From Candidatus Woesearchaeota archaeon CG1_02_57_44 (GTDB taxonomy: Archaea > Nanobdellota > Nanobdellia > Woesearchaeales > CG1-02-57-44): a stretch of DNA of 64,000 nucleotides. The stretch spans positions 2,091 through 66,090 of the forward strand of contig MNWW01000066.1 in NCBI GenBank assembly GCA_001871415.1. The letters run 5' to 3'. The position numbers were made by a program, and so were the translations under genes. The notes below the pieces were generated by a model. It made no database searches. It was not told where the DNA came from and saw nothing but the letters and a program-made list of their open reading frames with translations. Positions 1 through 9,156 of this stretch are shown here, piece by piece. Within the stretch, counting starts at the first letter, position 1, and each line of letters opens with the position of its first letter.

Positions 1-1853
1 GACAGGATCCCTTCAAGGAATTCCCTCATGGATTCGCTTGGCGTTGTTGAAGCGACAGTCCTGATGCTGGTCAGCAGGTCATAGCCGAACAGCTCAATAA
101 GGTCCACTACCTTATGCGCTTCCTTGGTGACCTCGCCGTACTCATTGCTATCCATGATCATCTTGAAGATGCCCACCGGCGGAACCCCTGATGATGAGAT
201 AGCGGCCATGTGATTGATGGCAAATGGCAGATTGGTATTGATGGAGCGCCTGCGATACTTCAGCCGCGTATACGGGTAACCGTAGAAGAGCGCGAACGTG
301 AGGATGCCAAAGGCAACGCCCATGAAGAGCCCCTTGCCAATGACCTGGCCTAATGTGCTTCCCAGCAGCCAGAAGTGCGCGAAGAATACCACTGTTCCTG
401 TGAGGAACGCCATCAACGTCCCCAGTATCATGAGGCTGATGTAGGTGTTGGACAGCACGGGCATGTTCGCGATGCGCAGCGCACCATACAGACCGCGAAA
501 AAATCCTGGAAATGTATCAAGCAGCCAGAGCGAGAGCTTCCTGGCCACACTATTCGCCATTGCTCCAATCTGGCTGGGCTTCCTGATGGAAGGCCGGGTA
601 TCACGCTTGAGGATCTTTCGGATATTGCGCGCCTCCTCAGCGAGCAGGTAACGGGGCACCTTGTTCATCTTCGGCAATCCTTCCGGCTCCGTCTCGGTCA
701 TGATGTTGCGTGGCTGCTCTGTCGAGCTCTTGAATCTAATACCCGTGTCCTGCAGATCCTCGACAGCGCTCTTCACTCCGTGCAGAGTGCGCGTAAGCCT
801 GGCTAATGGACCAGTAAAAGCCGTGCTTGGCGCTGGAGGCTTGGGCAATGGTGAGATCCCTGCAGAGCCGGGCCCATCAGCAGACAATGATCCCTGAAGC
901 TGGATTTCGCGGTCATGATGCACTATCCTTGCATACAACCTTGCGAACAGACCCTTTGGCTGCGCTGCCTTGACTGGAACATGCGAAGAAGTGGAGCTGT
1001 GCAGCGCACCCGTTTCAGGCAGTGCCTCGGCGCGCAGCTCCAATGGCGCCTGCGCTGGAGGCGCCCGGGCATGCTTTGCATCCTTCGCTGCTTCAGGCAG
1101 CAATTCTGATGCGATATCCTGCGCAGGGGACATGCCCTTCGCCCTTGCATGCTGCTTTTGCGCCACAGGTGATGCAGACGACGCTGTTTGCCTCACTGCC
1201 GCAGGCTCAGATGGTTTTGCCAGAGGTACTGGCGCTGCAGCGGCACTGTCCCTGTGTCGCAGATGCAAAAGATGCGGCCGATGCGCGCTCATCCACGCGA
1301 ACAGACGCGCGAAGAAACCCTGACGGGACGTCACCTCACCCTCTGGGCCAGCATGCGCAGGCAGAGTACTTGCCTGTGGCATCGCAGCGGTGGACGCCTG
1401 CGCGGCACCTGCCAATGCGCGCACGGATTTGGTCTTATGCGATGTTCCGGTGACGGCCACGCGCTCCGATTGGATTCCGGGTCGTATCACCTGCACGTTC
1501 TGCATCGCAGGTCGCGCGTCTGCCTGAGGCATGGCCGTCGCAGCCCGCATCACCACAGGCCTTCGCTCAAAGACCATGCCATAGTAGTGCGCGGCTATCT
1601 GCTGGTTCATGGCGCGCAGGCCCGCGCGAAGCGCGTCCAGGTATTCAGCGTATGACGCGAGGACATCCTCACGCGGCAGGCTGCCCAATGCCCCCTTCAA
1701 CCTGCGCTGATATGTTGCATGGTTGTAGCGCCCTTCCTTGTACGCGCGGTCAATGGTCTCCAGACGCCTCTTCAGGCGCAGATACTGCGTCTCATAGAGC
1801 TCCAACTCATCGACCAGAGCCAGCATCTCATGCAACGCGCGCCTAGTGTCCAT
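1..1853 (-). CDS. Type II secretion system F family (TadC/PilC-like) membrane platform protein with long low-complexity N-terminal region; runs off the left edge
   Basis: Manual translation from ATG at 1853 (MDTRRALHEML...) stays open to position 1. The C-terminal part has TM segments then YPYTRLKYRRRSINTNLPFAINHMAAISSSGVPP...EYGEV...FGYDLLTSIR...TPS, typical of archaeal T2SSF. It lies downstream of the secretion ATPase. Confidence 0.85.
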   Translation of the reverse strand, partial: MDTRRALHEMLALVDELELYETQYLRLKRRLETIDRAYKEGRYNHATYQRRLKGALGSLPREDVLASYAEYLDALRAGLRAMNQQIAAHYYGMVFERRPVVMRAATAMPQADARPAMQNVQVIRPGIQSERVAVTGTSHKTKSVRALAGAAQASTAAMPQASTLPAHAGPEGEVTSRQGFFARLFAWMSAHRPHLLHLRHRDSAAAAPVPLAKPSEPAAVRQTASSASPVAQKQHARAKGMSPAQDIASELLPEAAKDAKHARAPPAQAPLELRAEALPETGALHSSTSSHVPVKAAQPKGLFARLYARIVHHDREIQLQGSLSADGPGSAGISPLPKPPAPSTAFTGPLARLTRTLHGVKSAVEDLQDTGIRFKSSTEQPRNIMTETEPEGLPKMNKVPRYLLAEEARNIRKILKRDTRPSIRKPSQIGAMANSVARKLSLWLLDTFPGFFRGLYGALRIANMPVLSNTYISLMILGTLMAFLTGTVVFFAHFWLLGSTLGQVIGKGLFMGVAFGILTFALFYGYPYTRLKYRRRSINTNLPFAINHMAAISSSGVPPVGIFKMIMDSNEYGEVTKEAHKVVDLIELFGYDLLTSIRTVASTTPSESMREFLEGIL

Positions 1854-2013
1854 GCAGCATCTGCCGGGCATTATCCTCGCAGAGGTGGAGCATCTCCTTC
1901 CTTGCCAGGGCAAAACGCGCCCGCGTGTGCGGCGTATCCTCACTGATAGCGTCGAGAATGTCAGCGAGCACCAATTGCTGGGCGATGTTCTTGCGCAAGG
2001 CGGCAGGTTTCAT
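1843..2013 (-). CDS. Possible small hypothetical protein (56 aa)
   Basis: ATG overlaps the ATPase stop (ATGA) and the TAG lies just inside the T2SSF start; begins MKPAALRKNIAQQLVLADILDAISED. Confidence 0.4.
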   Translation of the reverse strand: MKPAALRKNIAQQLVLADILDAISEDTPHTRARFALARKEMLHLCEDNARQMLHGH

Positions 2014-3593
2014 GCAGCGACCCCAAATTCTTTGAGGACAGCCCCCGGGTCCTTGTAATAGTGGTTGATGATATCCGTGAAATGCTTGAAATCTGTCACC
2101 TTGGCCTTAAAGAGCTTGTCCATGAGCTGGGCGCGGACCTTAAGCTCTTTCATGAGCTTGTCAACAGGAACACCCGTCTTGGCAGAGAGCTTCTGCATGA
2201 CCAGGGACTTATGGGAGAACACAAACGTATCCTTTCCTGGCTGCCAGGTGAAGACCGTGTTGACATCCGCGTGCCCGTCATCCTTCACACGCCCTATTTC
2301 CTCCAGGCGCAGCAGGCGGCGATAGTTAGTGCTCTGCTCGCGGATGTGCGTGAGCACGCACACGCAGTCAAGCGACTCAATGAGCGATGCCGGAAGATTG
2401 ATCGGCTGGGTCTGCAGGCGCCTGACGAGCGCTTCGACACTGCCCGCGTGGAAGGTCGCGTAGCTTGGATGCCCGGAGGCCATTCCCTGAAAGAGGACGT
2501 AGGTCTCAGGACCTCGCGTCTCGCCCACAATGACATAATCCGGATTCTGGCGGAATGTCTCGCGCAGCAGGTCGAACATGGTGATCTCGCCATACTGGGT
2601 GCCATCGCGCCCAGGCATGCCAAAGCCTGAGCGCGTCACGCTTGGCAACCAGTTCTCGTGGTTCAGATTCAATTCACGGGTATCCTCAATGCTACAGATG
2701 CGCGCTTCCGGCGGGATGAAGGAGACGAAACTGTTCAGGAAGGTAGTCTTGCCTGAGCCGGTCTCGCCGATGACCATGATATTGAAACGATGCTCTATGG
2801 CCATCCACAGGTAGGCGAAGACCTCTGCCGGAGCAGTCCCCACCTCCATGATATTGACAGGCATCCAGGGGTCACGGGCGAATTTTCGGATAGTGAATGT
2901 CGGCCCGCGCGTAGTCACATCATCCGTATACGTCCCATTGACGCGGCTGCCATCCGGTAGCGTGCCGTCGAGCAGGGGCTTTGCGTAGCTGACATAGCGG
3001 CCCGCTTTTTGCGAAAGCTTCTCCACAAAATTGACGAGTTCTGAGTGCGTTCCGAACGTGACATTGGTCCGCATGTTCTGGAACTTGCGATGCACGATGT
3101 AGACGGGGACGCCGATGCCATTGCATTCGATATCCTCAATGAAGTAGTCGCGCATGATGGGCTCTATCTCATTGAGCCCGATAGAATCCCGGTAGACATA
3201 GTACATGATTTTGTGATAAGATTCCTCGCTGATCCTTGTTCCCAGCTCAATGAGGATATTCTGCACATTCTGCTCCAGGTACGCGAGCAACTGGCCGATC
3301 TTGTGCACCTGCGCGTAGCTGACATTGATCATCTCCTCAAGTCCCAGCTTGACCAGGCGCAAGATCTCCTTTTCCGTATCATCCAGCACGGGCTGCTCAA
3401 CATCATATGCTAGTTCCTGGTTTTTTTGGTCCCAGTATAAGTGCGCGAACGCGTACGGGGGGATCAGGGGATATCTGATGTTGACGGTACGATAGTCTGT
3501 TATGGGCGCAATGCGGATGAGACGCGGGCGCAGGTCCAGGTTGAATTTTCCCTGCGGCAGGGCCTGCTTTTTCTGGAAGAATGGCAATTGCAT
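2010..3593 (-). CDS. Type II/IV secretion system ATPase (VirB11/PilB/FlaI family)
   Basis: Walker A GETGSGKTT, IEDTRE, RQNPDYVIVGETRG, His box GHPSYATFHA, LPDGSRV. Start placed at MQLPFF (3593); the track's start at 3692 is also possible. Confidence 0.93.
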   Translation of the reverse strand: MQLPFFQKKQALPQGKFNLDLRPRLIRIAPITDYRTVNIRYPLIPPYAFAHLYWDQKNQELAYDVEQPVLDDTEKEILRLVKLGLEEMINVSYAQVHKIGQLLAYLEQNVQNILIELGTRISEESYHKIMYYVYRDSIGLNEIEPIMRDYFIEDIECNGIGVPVYIVHRKFQNMRTNVTFGTHSELVNFVEKLSQKAGRYVSYAKPLLDGTLPDGSRVNGTYTDDVTTRGPTFTIRKFARDPWMPVNIMEVGTAPAEVFAYLWMAIEHRFNIMVIGETGSGKTTFLNSFVSFIPPEARICSIEDTRELNLNHENWLPSVTRSGFGMPGRDGTQYGEITMFDLLRETFRQNPDYVIVGETRGPETYVLFQGMASGHPSYATFHAGSVEALVRRLQTQPINLPASLIESLDCVCVLTHIREQSTNYRRLLRLEEIGRVKDDGHADVNTVFTWQPGKDTFVFSHKSLVMQKLSAKTGVPVDKLMKELKVRAQLMDKLFKAKVTDFKHFTDIINHYYKDPGAVLKEFGVAA

Positions 3594-3969
3594 GGTGCTT
3601 GTTCCTGTAGGTTTATGCTGACTTGCTGGAATATGGCGCTCTTGCTGTATACTGGCGGCAAAAGCCCTATCCCAACTACTTCTACCTTGCATTTTTGGGC
3701 TGTTGTCTATTTAAAGGTTTCGGGGAAGGAGGGCAACAGCTTCTGCGAGTATAAGAATGACCAGCGGACCCTGGCTCTGTTTCTAGAACACTGGCTCAGA
3801 CGTCCTGCGGATCAGATGGTTACCAGAATATTCAAGAAGCATATTCCCTGGCGAACACACGCCCATCCGCGATCTTCAGACTCAATTGCTGCGGGAGGAC
3901 CACTGCCCGCCTGAACGCGCGCATGCCATAGCCTGGCTGGTGCCTGAAGGATTCGATGACCTGCACTGC

Positions 3970-4425
3970 CTAGTTACCCGCAGGGTCAGAGCCAAGGACA
4001 GCACTGGCCAACTCGGCATCAGATGCGCGTGAGGAGATATTGCCCGTCACATCAAGGCTGGAACGAAGCGCCCATACCTCGCGCTGCCCACCTACATCCC
4101 TGGAGAGATACAATGTCGCGACACCGAGAGGCAAGTGAGTCAGATAGTAGACATCTTCAGAGCCGCCATAGCTATGAATCATCTGTTCTCCCCGGTTACG
4201 CGCCGGAACAGTCTTGGTCAGGCTAATGACAGGAGCCTGCAACCCGAGATGCGTATTGACCGCGGTAGTCGATCTCGCGCCGACCATAGGTGACCTGCCC
4301 ACACCCAAGACGTTCCCATCCCAGGGCCTGAAGAAAGAGACATATTCCTCAATTGGCCTGACGAGTTCATCTTCGTGGACTGACCCAGGACATACCCACC
4401 GATCCAACCAGGACACAGAACACAA
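3970..4425 (-). CDS. Hypothetical protein
   Basis: 151-aa ORF filling an intergenic gap with TTTTAAAT just upstream; no recognisable motif. Confidence 0.4.
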   Translation of the reverse strand: MCSVSWLDRWVCPGSVHEDELVRPIEEYVSFFRPWDGNVLGVGRSPMVGARSTTAVNTHLGLQAPVISLTKTVPARNRGEQMIHSYGGSEDVYYLTHLPLGVATLYLSRDVGGQREVWALRSSLDVTGNISSRASDAELASAVLGSDPAGN

Positions 4426-4663
4426 GGATTTAAAAGCAGACCTGTTTTCGGAGGTGCATCAGACATCAGGACAGCTTGGGAACAGGAAATTCCTGCGCCA
4501 GGAGCTGTCACGGTGATCCTGAAACAGCACCCATCGCAGCAAGCCTGCAAATGGACGCTGACAGTAAGGTCATGAGAGCTATAACGGCTGTCATGAAACG
4601 TGGCAGCGATGTATAGGTCGCTGCAGAGAAGAAAAAAAGCAAAACACCAAGTGGTGCACAACA

Positions 4664-4957
4664 ATGGGACAAGGAAATGATAGATTTGGCAAGGGCGGCA
4701 ACAGGGGATACCACAATAGCAGGGACGAAGGGTCCCACAGCGACGGTGGCTTCGGCGGTCGCAGCAATGACGGCGGCAGCAGAGGCGGACGCGGCGGCTT
4801 TGGCGGTGGAAGGAATTTTTCCTCAGGCCCACGCGAGATGCACAAAGCGATGTGCGCTGAATGCAACAAGGAATGCGAAGTGCCCTTCAAGCCAACAGAA
4901 GGCAGGCCTGTCTACTGCAGGGACTGCTTTCAGAAGCACAAGCCACAACGCTTCTAG
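4664..4957 (+). CDS. CxxC-x17-CxxC zinc-ribbon domain protein with Gly/Arg-rich N-terminus
   Basis: REMHKAMCAECNKECEVPFKPTEGRPVYCRDCF preceded by an RGG/GGF-rich tail. Confidence 0.9.
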   Translation: MGQGNDRFGKGGNRGYHNSRDEGSHSDGGFGGRSNDGGSRGGRGGFGGGRNFSSGPREMHKAMCAECNKECEVPFKPTEGRPVYCRDCFQKHKPQRF

Positions 4958-4992
4958 GAACGCATAAACCATCTGACTACTACTTTAGTAGC

Positions 4993-5030
4993 GCCCGGCG
5001 TCGCCGGGCATCTTGTTTTCTTTTTTCTCT
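4993..5030 (+). terminator. GC hairpin followed by T-rich tract
   Basis: GCCCGGCG-T-CGCCGGGC inverted repeat then TCTTGTTTTCTTTTTTCTCT, about 35 nt after the CxxC gene stop. Confidence 0.6.
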
Positions 5031-5154
5031 CCCACACATCCATTCTTTCGCAAGTTCCTCCTGTGTGTCTGGACATCATCGACAGCCATCTTCAGCAGTC
5101 AAAAAAGCCACCACGGTCGCAACTTACTTAAGCTGCAGCTTGCTTTTCAACCCC

Positions 5155-6009
5155 ATGCGAATCCATCTGGAGCTACAGAAAAGCATCGATCAGAATGCAG
5201 GCCTGTACTTTGAGCAGGCAAAGAAAGCGAAAGCCAAGGCGGAAGGCGCGAGAACCGCGCTTGAGGACACGAAGCGAAAGCTCAAATCAGCGCAAAAAGA
5301 CCTGGCCAAGGAGCAGGCAGCGTCCCATGCAGCCCAGCAGGAACAGCAGCGCGCCAGCGACCATAAAGAGCAAGCCAAGGCGCGGGCCGCGTGGTACCAC
5401 AGCTATCGGTGGTTCCTCAGTTCTGACGGCATCCTCTGCGTCGGCGGACGCGACGCGACACAGAACGAGGTGCTCATCAAGAAGCACACGCAGCCTGGCG
5501 ACAAGGTCCTCCACACCGACATGGCAGGCAGCCCGTTCTTCATCGTGAAAGCAGAAGGCAACGATATTCCCGAGTCGACACTGCAGGAAGCGGCCAACGC
5601 GACCGCGTCATTCAGCAAGGCCTGGGGCCTTGGTCTCTCGTCGACACCGGTGTTCTGGGTCAAGCCAGAGCAAGTGAGCAAGGAAGCCGCGTCAGGAGAA
5701 TATCTCACACGCGGCGCGTTCGTCATCAAGGGAAAGACCAACTACCTGGACAACCAAATGGACCTGTGCATCGGTGTCGTCGACAGATTTGTCATGGCAG
5801 GACCAGAGCGCGCCGTCGCTTCGCACAGCCCCACCTATGTGCGCATACTTCCCGGAGACCAGAAGACCAGCGCGGTGGCGAAAGCGACCTACAATATCAT
5901 CCTCAAAGGAGAGCCAAAATCCTACTTGGATGATATCATCAGGGCATTGCCCACCGGCGGCTGCTCACTTCCGAAGCGTCTTGAGCACACCGGGAAGCAG
6001 CGGCAGTAG
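5155..6009 (+). CDS. NFACT RNA-binding domain (DUF814) protein, Rqc2/NEMF-related
   Basis: SIDQNAGLYFEQAKK coiled coil, WYHSYRWFLSSDGILCVGGRDATQNEVLIKK, LHTDMAGSP, EQVSK..SGEYL.RGAFVIKG; start at MRIHLEL. Confidence 0.88.
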   Translation: MRIHLELQKSIDQNAGLYFEQAKKAKAKAEGARTALEDTKRKLKSAQKDLAKEQAASHAAQQEQQRASDHKEQAKARAAWYHSYRWFLSSDGILCVGGRDATQNEVLIKKHTQPGDKVLHTDMAGSPFFIVKAEGNDIPESTLQEAANATASFSKAWGLGLSSTPVFWVKPEQVSKEAASGEYLTRGAFVIKGKTNYLDNQMDLCIGVVDRFVMAGPERAVASHSPTYVRILPGDQKTSAVAKATYNIILKGEPKSYLDDIIRALPTGGCSLPKRLEHTGKQRQ

Positions 6010-6840
6010 GTCAGAGGCCAGAAATCCAGGGCCTTGTTTCTTGTAGAGCATATCGCCAGCAGCGCCGACCGCGTATGCCGCAGCGACGGCAGCGTCAAAC
6101 AACTTGTTTCCCTGCGCGATAATGCCTGCGACGACCCCCGCCAGCACATCGCCTGTTCCGCCGACAGTCATGCCTTCGTTGCCCGTCGCGTTGACATGGA
6201 TCCTATCGCTGGAGACGACCAGATCATAGCGACCCTTGAGCAGCACCACATTTCCCTGCGTGAGGAATGATGCCATCGCCCCTTGCAGGCGCTTCGCCTC
6301 GGCCCGCGCGGCGGCAGACGTCGTCGGCTCTCGAGCCGCGTAGCCCATGGAGCCCAATTCGCTCCGATGCGGCGTTATGACACAATCACGAGGAAACACT
6401 CTCTTACCACGTAGCGCGCGGACCATCTCGGCGTCGAGCACCAAAGGAACGGTCTGCTGAATGGCCTGCTGCGCTGTCGCCACCTGCAGTCGATGCCCGA
6501 TGCGTGCTTCTCGTGCGCTCATGCCCGGGCCCATGAGCAGGCATGACTTGCCCGCCAAATGCTGCCGAAGCGATGGCAGATGTGACATCGCGAGTCTCGC
6601 GCCTGGCAGCTTGATAGTGATGACATCAGGGGTGATAGCATTGACTGCCCATGCAACCTTTGTCGGCGCGGCGAGATAGACAAGATCAGATCCAGAGCGC
6701 AGCACGGCAAGCGCCGCCATGCCGCAAAGCGCGGCAGCGCCAGGAAACTCCGGGCTGCCTGCGACGATCAGGACCTTGCCGTTCTGCCCTTTGTGGCTTG
6801 ATGGCAAGCGAGGCTTGAGGGCGGGAATAATTCGCGGCAT
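5965..6840 (-). CDS. nnrD: NAD(P)H-hydrate dehydratase
   Basis: SHKGQNGKVLIVAGS..FPGA, GPG, VLDA, ITPHRSE, LLKG, GGTGDVLAG. Confidence 0.92.
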   Translation of the reverse strand: MPRIIPALKPRLPSSHKGQNGKVLIVAGSPEFPGAAALCGMAALAVLRSGSDLVYLAAPTKVAWAVNAITPDVITIKLPGARLAMSHLPSLRQHLAGKSCLLMGPGMSAREARIGHRLQVATAQQAIQQTVPLVLDAEMVRALRGKRVFPRDCVITPHRSELGSMGYAAREPTTSAAARAEAKRLQGAMASFLTQGNVVLLKGRYDLVVSSDRIHVNATGNEGMTVGGTGDVLAGVVAGIIAQGNKLFDAAVAAAYAVGAAGDMLYKKQGPGFLASDLLPLLPGVLKTLRK

Positions 6841-6963
6841 AGCTATTGATACGATACGCTCCCTAATAATGCTTTTGCGCGTCTGGACCGCAAGAGAGAC
6901 CCATCAGAGACATCCGACAAGATTCAGATGCGCGCACGATGGAGTTGACAGAACAATAGCGAC

Positions 6964-7545
6964 TCATGGTGCCGTAGAATCACTCACTCGCACGCCCTTG
7001 CCGGTCTCTTCCATAGTCAGACCGACAATACCTGTCGTCCGACCCAGACATAGGATGTGCGAGGCATCCTGCACCTCCATACCCGGAACGTAGCGTGTAA
7101 GCGCGCCATCACCCTCGCTCGGCAGGATGAAGATGTTCTGACGCGCATGCCCCTGAACGCTCGCCACCACCTGCGGGTATGAGGAATAATAGGAAAGGTC
7201 CGTCGTCGTCACTGCTGCCAGGTCCACCAGACAGAGCTCTTTGGCGCCCAGTGGCAACGGGAATTCCCGCGACTCCACAGAACCGGAATGCCCGGACACC
7301 GCAGCGAGCGTATTCTCGAACTCGGCAAGAAAACCGGTCATGGCCGCCTCGCTCTGATGCGCGCGCAGGCTGGCCACCGACTTGACACCGAAGACGATGA
7401 TGATGACCAGGATGAACGCCGCGGCCAGCATGACGAACGCATGCACAGAGATCTGGGCGCGGACATCGCGACCATGACGCACGCTCGATACATCGCCATC
7501 CCAGACCACGCTCGGCTCAGAGGCGCCCCGCTGCTCTTGTCCCAT
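6964..7545 (-). CDS. Pilin-like secreted protein with class III signal peptide
   Basis: RDVRA/QISVHAFVMLAAAFILVIIIVFG (basic-Ala-Gln then hydrophobic helix) followed by a soluble domain with a Cys pair; start uncertain. Confidence 0.6.
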   Translation of the reverse strand: MGQEQRGASEPSVVWDGDVSSVRHGRDVRAQISVHAFVMLAAAFILVIIIVFGVKSVASLRAHQSEAAMTGFLAEFENTLAAVSGHSGSVESREFPLPLGAKELCLVDLAAVTTTDLSYYSSYPQVVASVQGHARQNIFILPSEGDGALTRYVPGMEVQDASHILCLGRTTGIVGLTMEETGKGVRVSDSTAP

Positions 7546-7567
7546 TCGCCCCTCATCGCCAACACGC

Positions 7568-7576
7568 ATATAAATA
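7568..7576 (+). promoter_or_regulatory. TATA box of the nnrE / pilin-like divergent promoter region
   Basis: ATATAAATA about 21-29 nt upstream of ATG 7597. Confidence 0.5.
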
Positions 7577-7596
7577 CCTTGCCACTCCACAGCAGC

Positions 7597-8277
7597 ATGA
7601 TAACGATAGAGGAGATGCGAAACCTTGAAGCGCAAGCAGAACGTCACGGTGTGTCGCGCTGGCAGTTGATGCAGAACGCGGGCAAGCAGGCAGCGCGTGT
7701 CGCGGCTGAAGGCAGACCACCGTACCTTGCGCTCGTGCTCTGCTACCACGGCAACAATGGCGGCGACGGCTTTGTCATGGCTGAAGAGCTCGCCGAAAAA
7801 GGATGGAAGACCACGGTCGCGTTCCTCGGGAGCATGGACAAGTTCAAGGCAGATGGCGAACGCGCATTCGGGAGCATCAGCGGATCACGCATCATCGCTG
7901 GCGTCGCGGCTGCGAAAGAATACGCCGGATTCCTGACCGAGCAGGATATTATCGTCGACGCGATGCTCGGCACAGGAGCGTCGACCTGGCCGGAAGGCCT
8001 CAGAGAGCCGCTGCGCTCTGCTGTCGCCGTGTTCAACGCGTGCGCCGCGCGCAAGATATCGCTTGATGTGCCCACGGGCATCGGCACAGAGCACTGCTGC
8101 AGACCTGACCTCATCATCGCGTTCCATGACGAGAAACGATGGTATACGAATGGTGACACAGATGCTACGCTCATCGCGTCCATCCACGCGAAGACTGTGA
8201 TTGTCGACATAGGCATACCAGCTTCGCAGCAACCTGACACTTCAAGCCCGCAAGCAGGAGCAGAACCAAAGAAATAA
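7597..8277 (+). CDS. nnrE: NAD(P)H-hydrate epimerase (YjeF N-terminal)
   Basis: MITIEEMR..E, LMQNAG, GNNGGDG, IVDAMLGTG, SLDVPTG, VDIGIP. Confidence 0.92.
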   Translation: MITIEEMRNLEAQAERHGVSRWQLMQNAGKQAARVAAEGRPPYLALVLCYHGNNGGDGFVMAEELAEKGWKTTVAFLGSMDKFKADGERAFGSISGSRIIAGVAAAKEYAGFLTEQDIIVDAMLGTGASTWPEGLREPLRSAVAVFNACAARKISLDVPTGIGTEHCCRPDLIIAFHDEKRWYTNGDTDATLIASIHAKTVIVDIGIPASQQPDTSSPQAGAEPKK

Positions 8278-8526
8278 ATACAGGAACAGAATATCAACAG
8301 CCATGGCATCACAGAATGAGGCACAGGCGCCATCGCGCGCTGGTAGTCTTCATCAGCAGTGACAGCTCTTTTTTCGTCGACAGTTCAATCATATCAGTAA
8401 GCGCGCCATCAATTCCTGGAAGCGCTGAGGATCCGAGAATAGCGTGGCCTCTGGCACAGGAGCCATCGCAGACAGCCACGCATTTTGCGGACCGTATCCG
8501 TGAGGCGGCATCACCGTCGCAGATAG

Positions 8527-9156
8527 ACTGCGCTGGTCGTCTTCATCCTGCTCCCGAAGAACAGCGGCTTGCGCAGTATCGCGCAGGAGACACTGCGACT
8601 GCTGACCCGGCCAGGCGAGCGCATGGAGCTTCGCGGCGAGGATATCCCATTCTGGCTTGAGCGACTCTCGCGGCAGGGAACGTCTGCAATAGGCCTGACA
8701 GGCCAGGACCTCTACACGGAATACCTCCTCAGCAGCAAAGCAAGAGCACGATCAACGCAGACCCTGCGCGTGCTGGCAAGCATCTCCTGGCAGGCATCAC
8801 AGACCCGCTTTGGCAAACCAGCGCTCTGTCTCATCGGTCCCTCAGATGCGACGCTCCCAGGACTCGCCAGCGCCAGGAGACCGCTTCGCGTCAGCGTTCC
8901 CGCAAAATACCGCGCACTTGGCAGACGGTACTTGAACACCCTAGAACTGCAAGGCTACACGTTCCTCAAACAATACCTTCGCGGAGGCATTGAAGCGACA
9001 ATCAAAGCAGGACTTGCTGACCTAGCCATCGACATCGTCTATACAGGTGATACCTTGCGCGAGATGGGTCTTGCGGTCTATAACATCATCCTGCTGAGCG
9101 ATTTCTATGTGCTGGAAACCAGCATGACGGATACAGGTGGCGATACCTATGAGTGA
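8527..9156 (+). CDS. hisG: ATP phosphoribosyltransferase, short form; start codon unclear
   Basis: ILLPKNSGL N-terminal motif lies upstream of the track's TTG start (8569); RGEDIP, GLTGQDL, PAKY, GGIE, LADLAIDIVYTGDTLREMGL; first gene of the his operon. Confidence 0.82.
   Translation, partial: TALVVFILLPKNSGLRSIAQETLRLLTRPGERMELRGEDIPFWLERLSRQGTSAIGLTGQDLYTEYLLSSKARARSTQTLRVLASISWQASQTRFGKPALCLIGPSDATLPGLASARRPLRVSVPAKYRALGRRYLNTLELQGYTFLKQYLRGGIEATIKAGLADLAIDIVYTGDTLREMGLAVYNIILLSDFYVLETSMTDTGGDTYE

Noticed and set aside
375..2058. Many short plus-strand ORFs
   Set aside because: Antisense shadows of the minus-strand T2SSF gene, which the track missed because it runs off the edge
2010..3593. 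Archaellum motor ATPase (arlI/flaI) or conjugation system
   Set aside because: No archaellins, arlH, VirB4 or relaxase in the window; a generic type IV pilus ATPase is more likely
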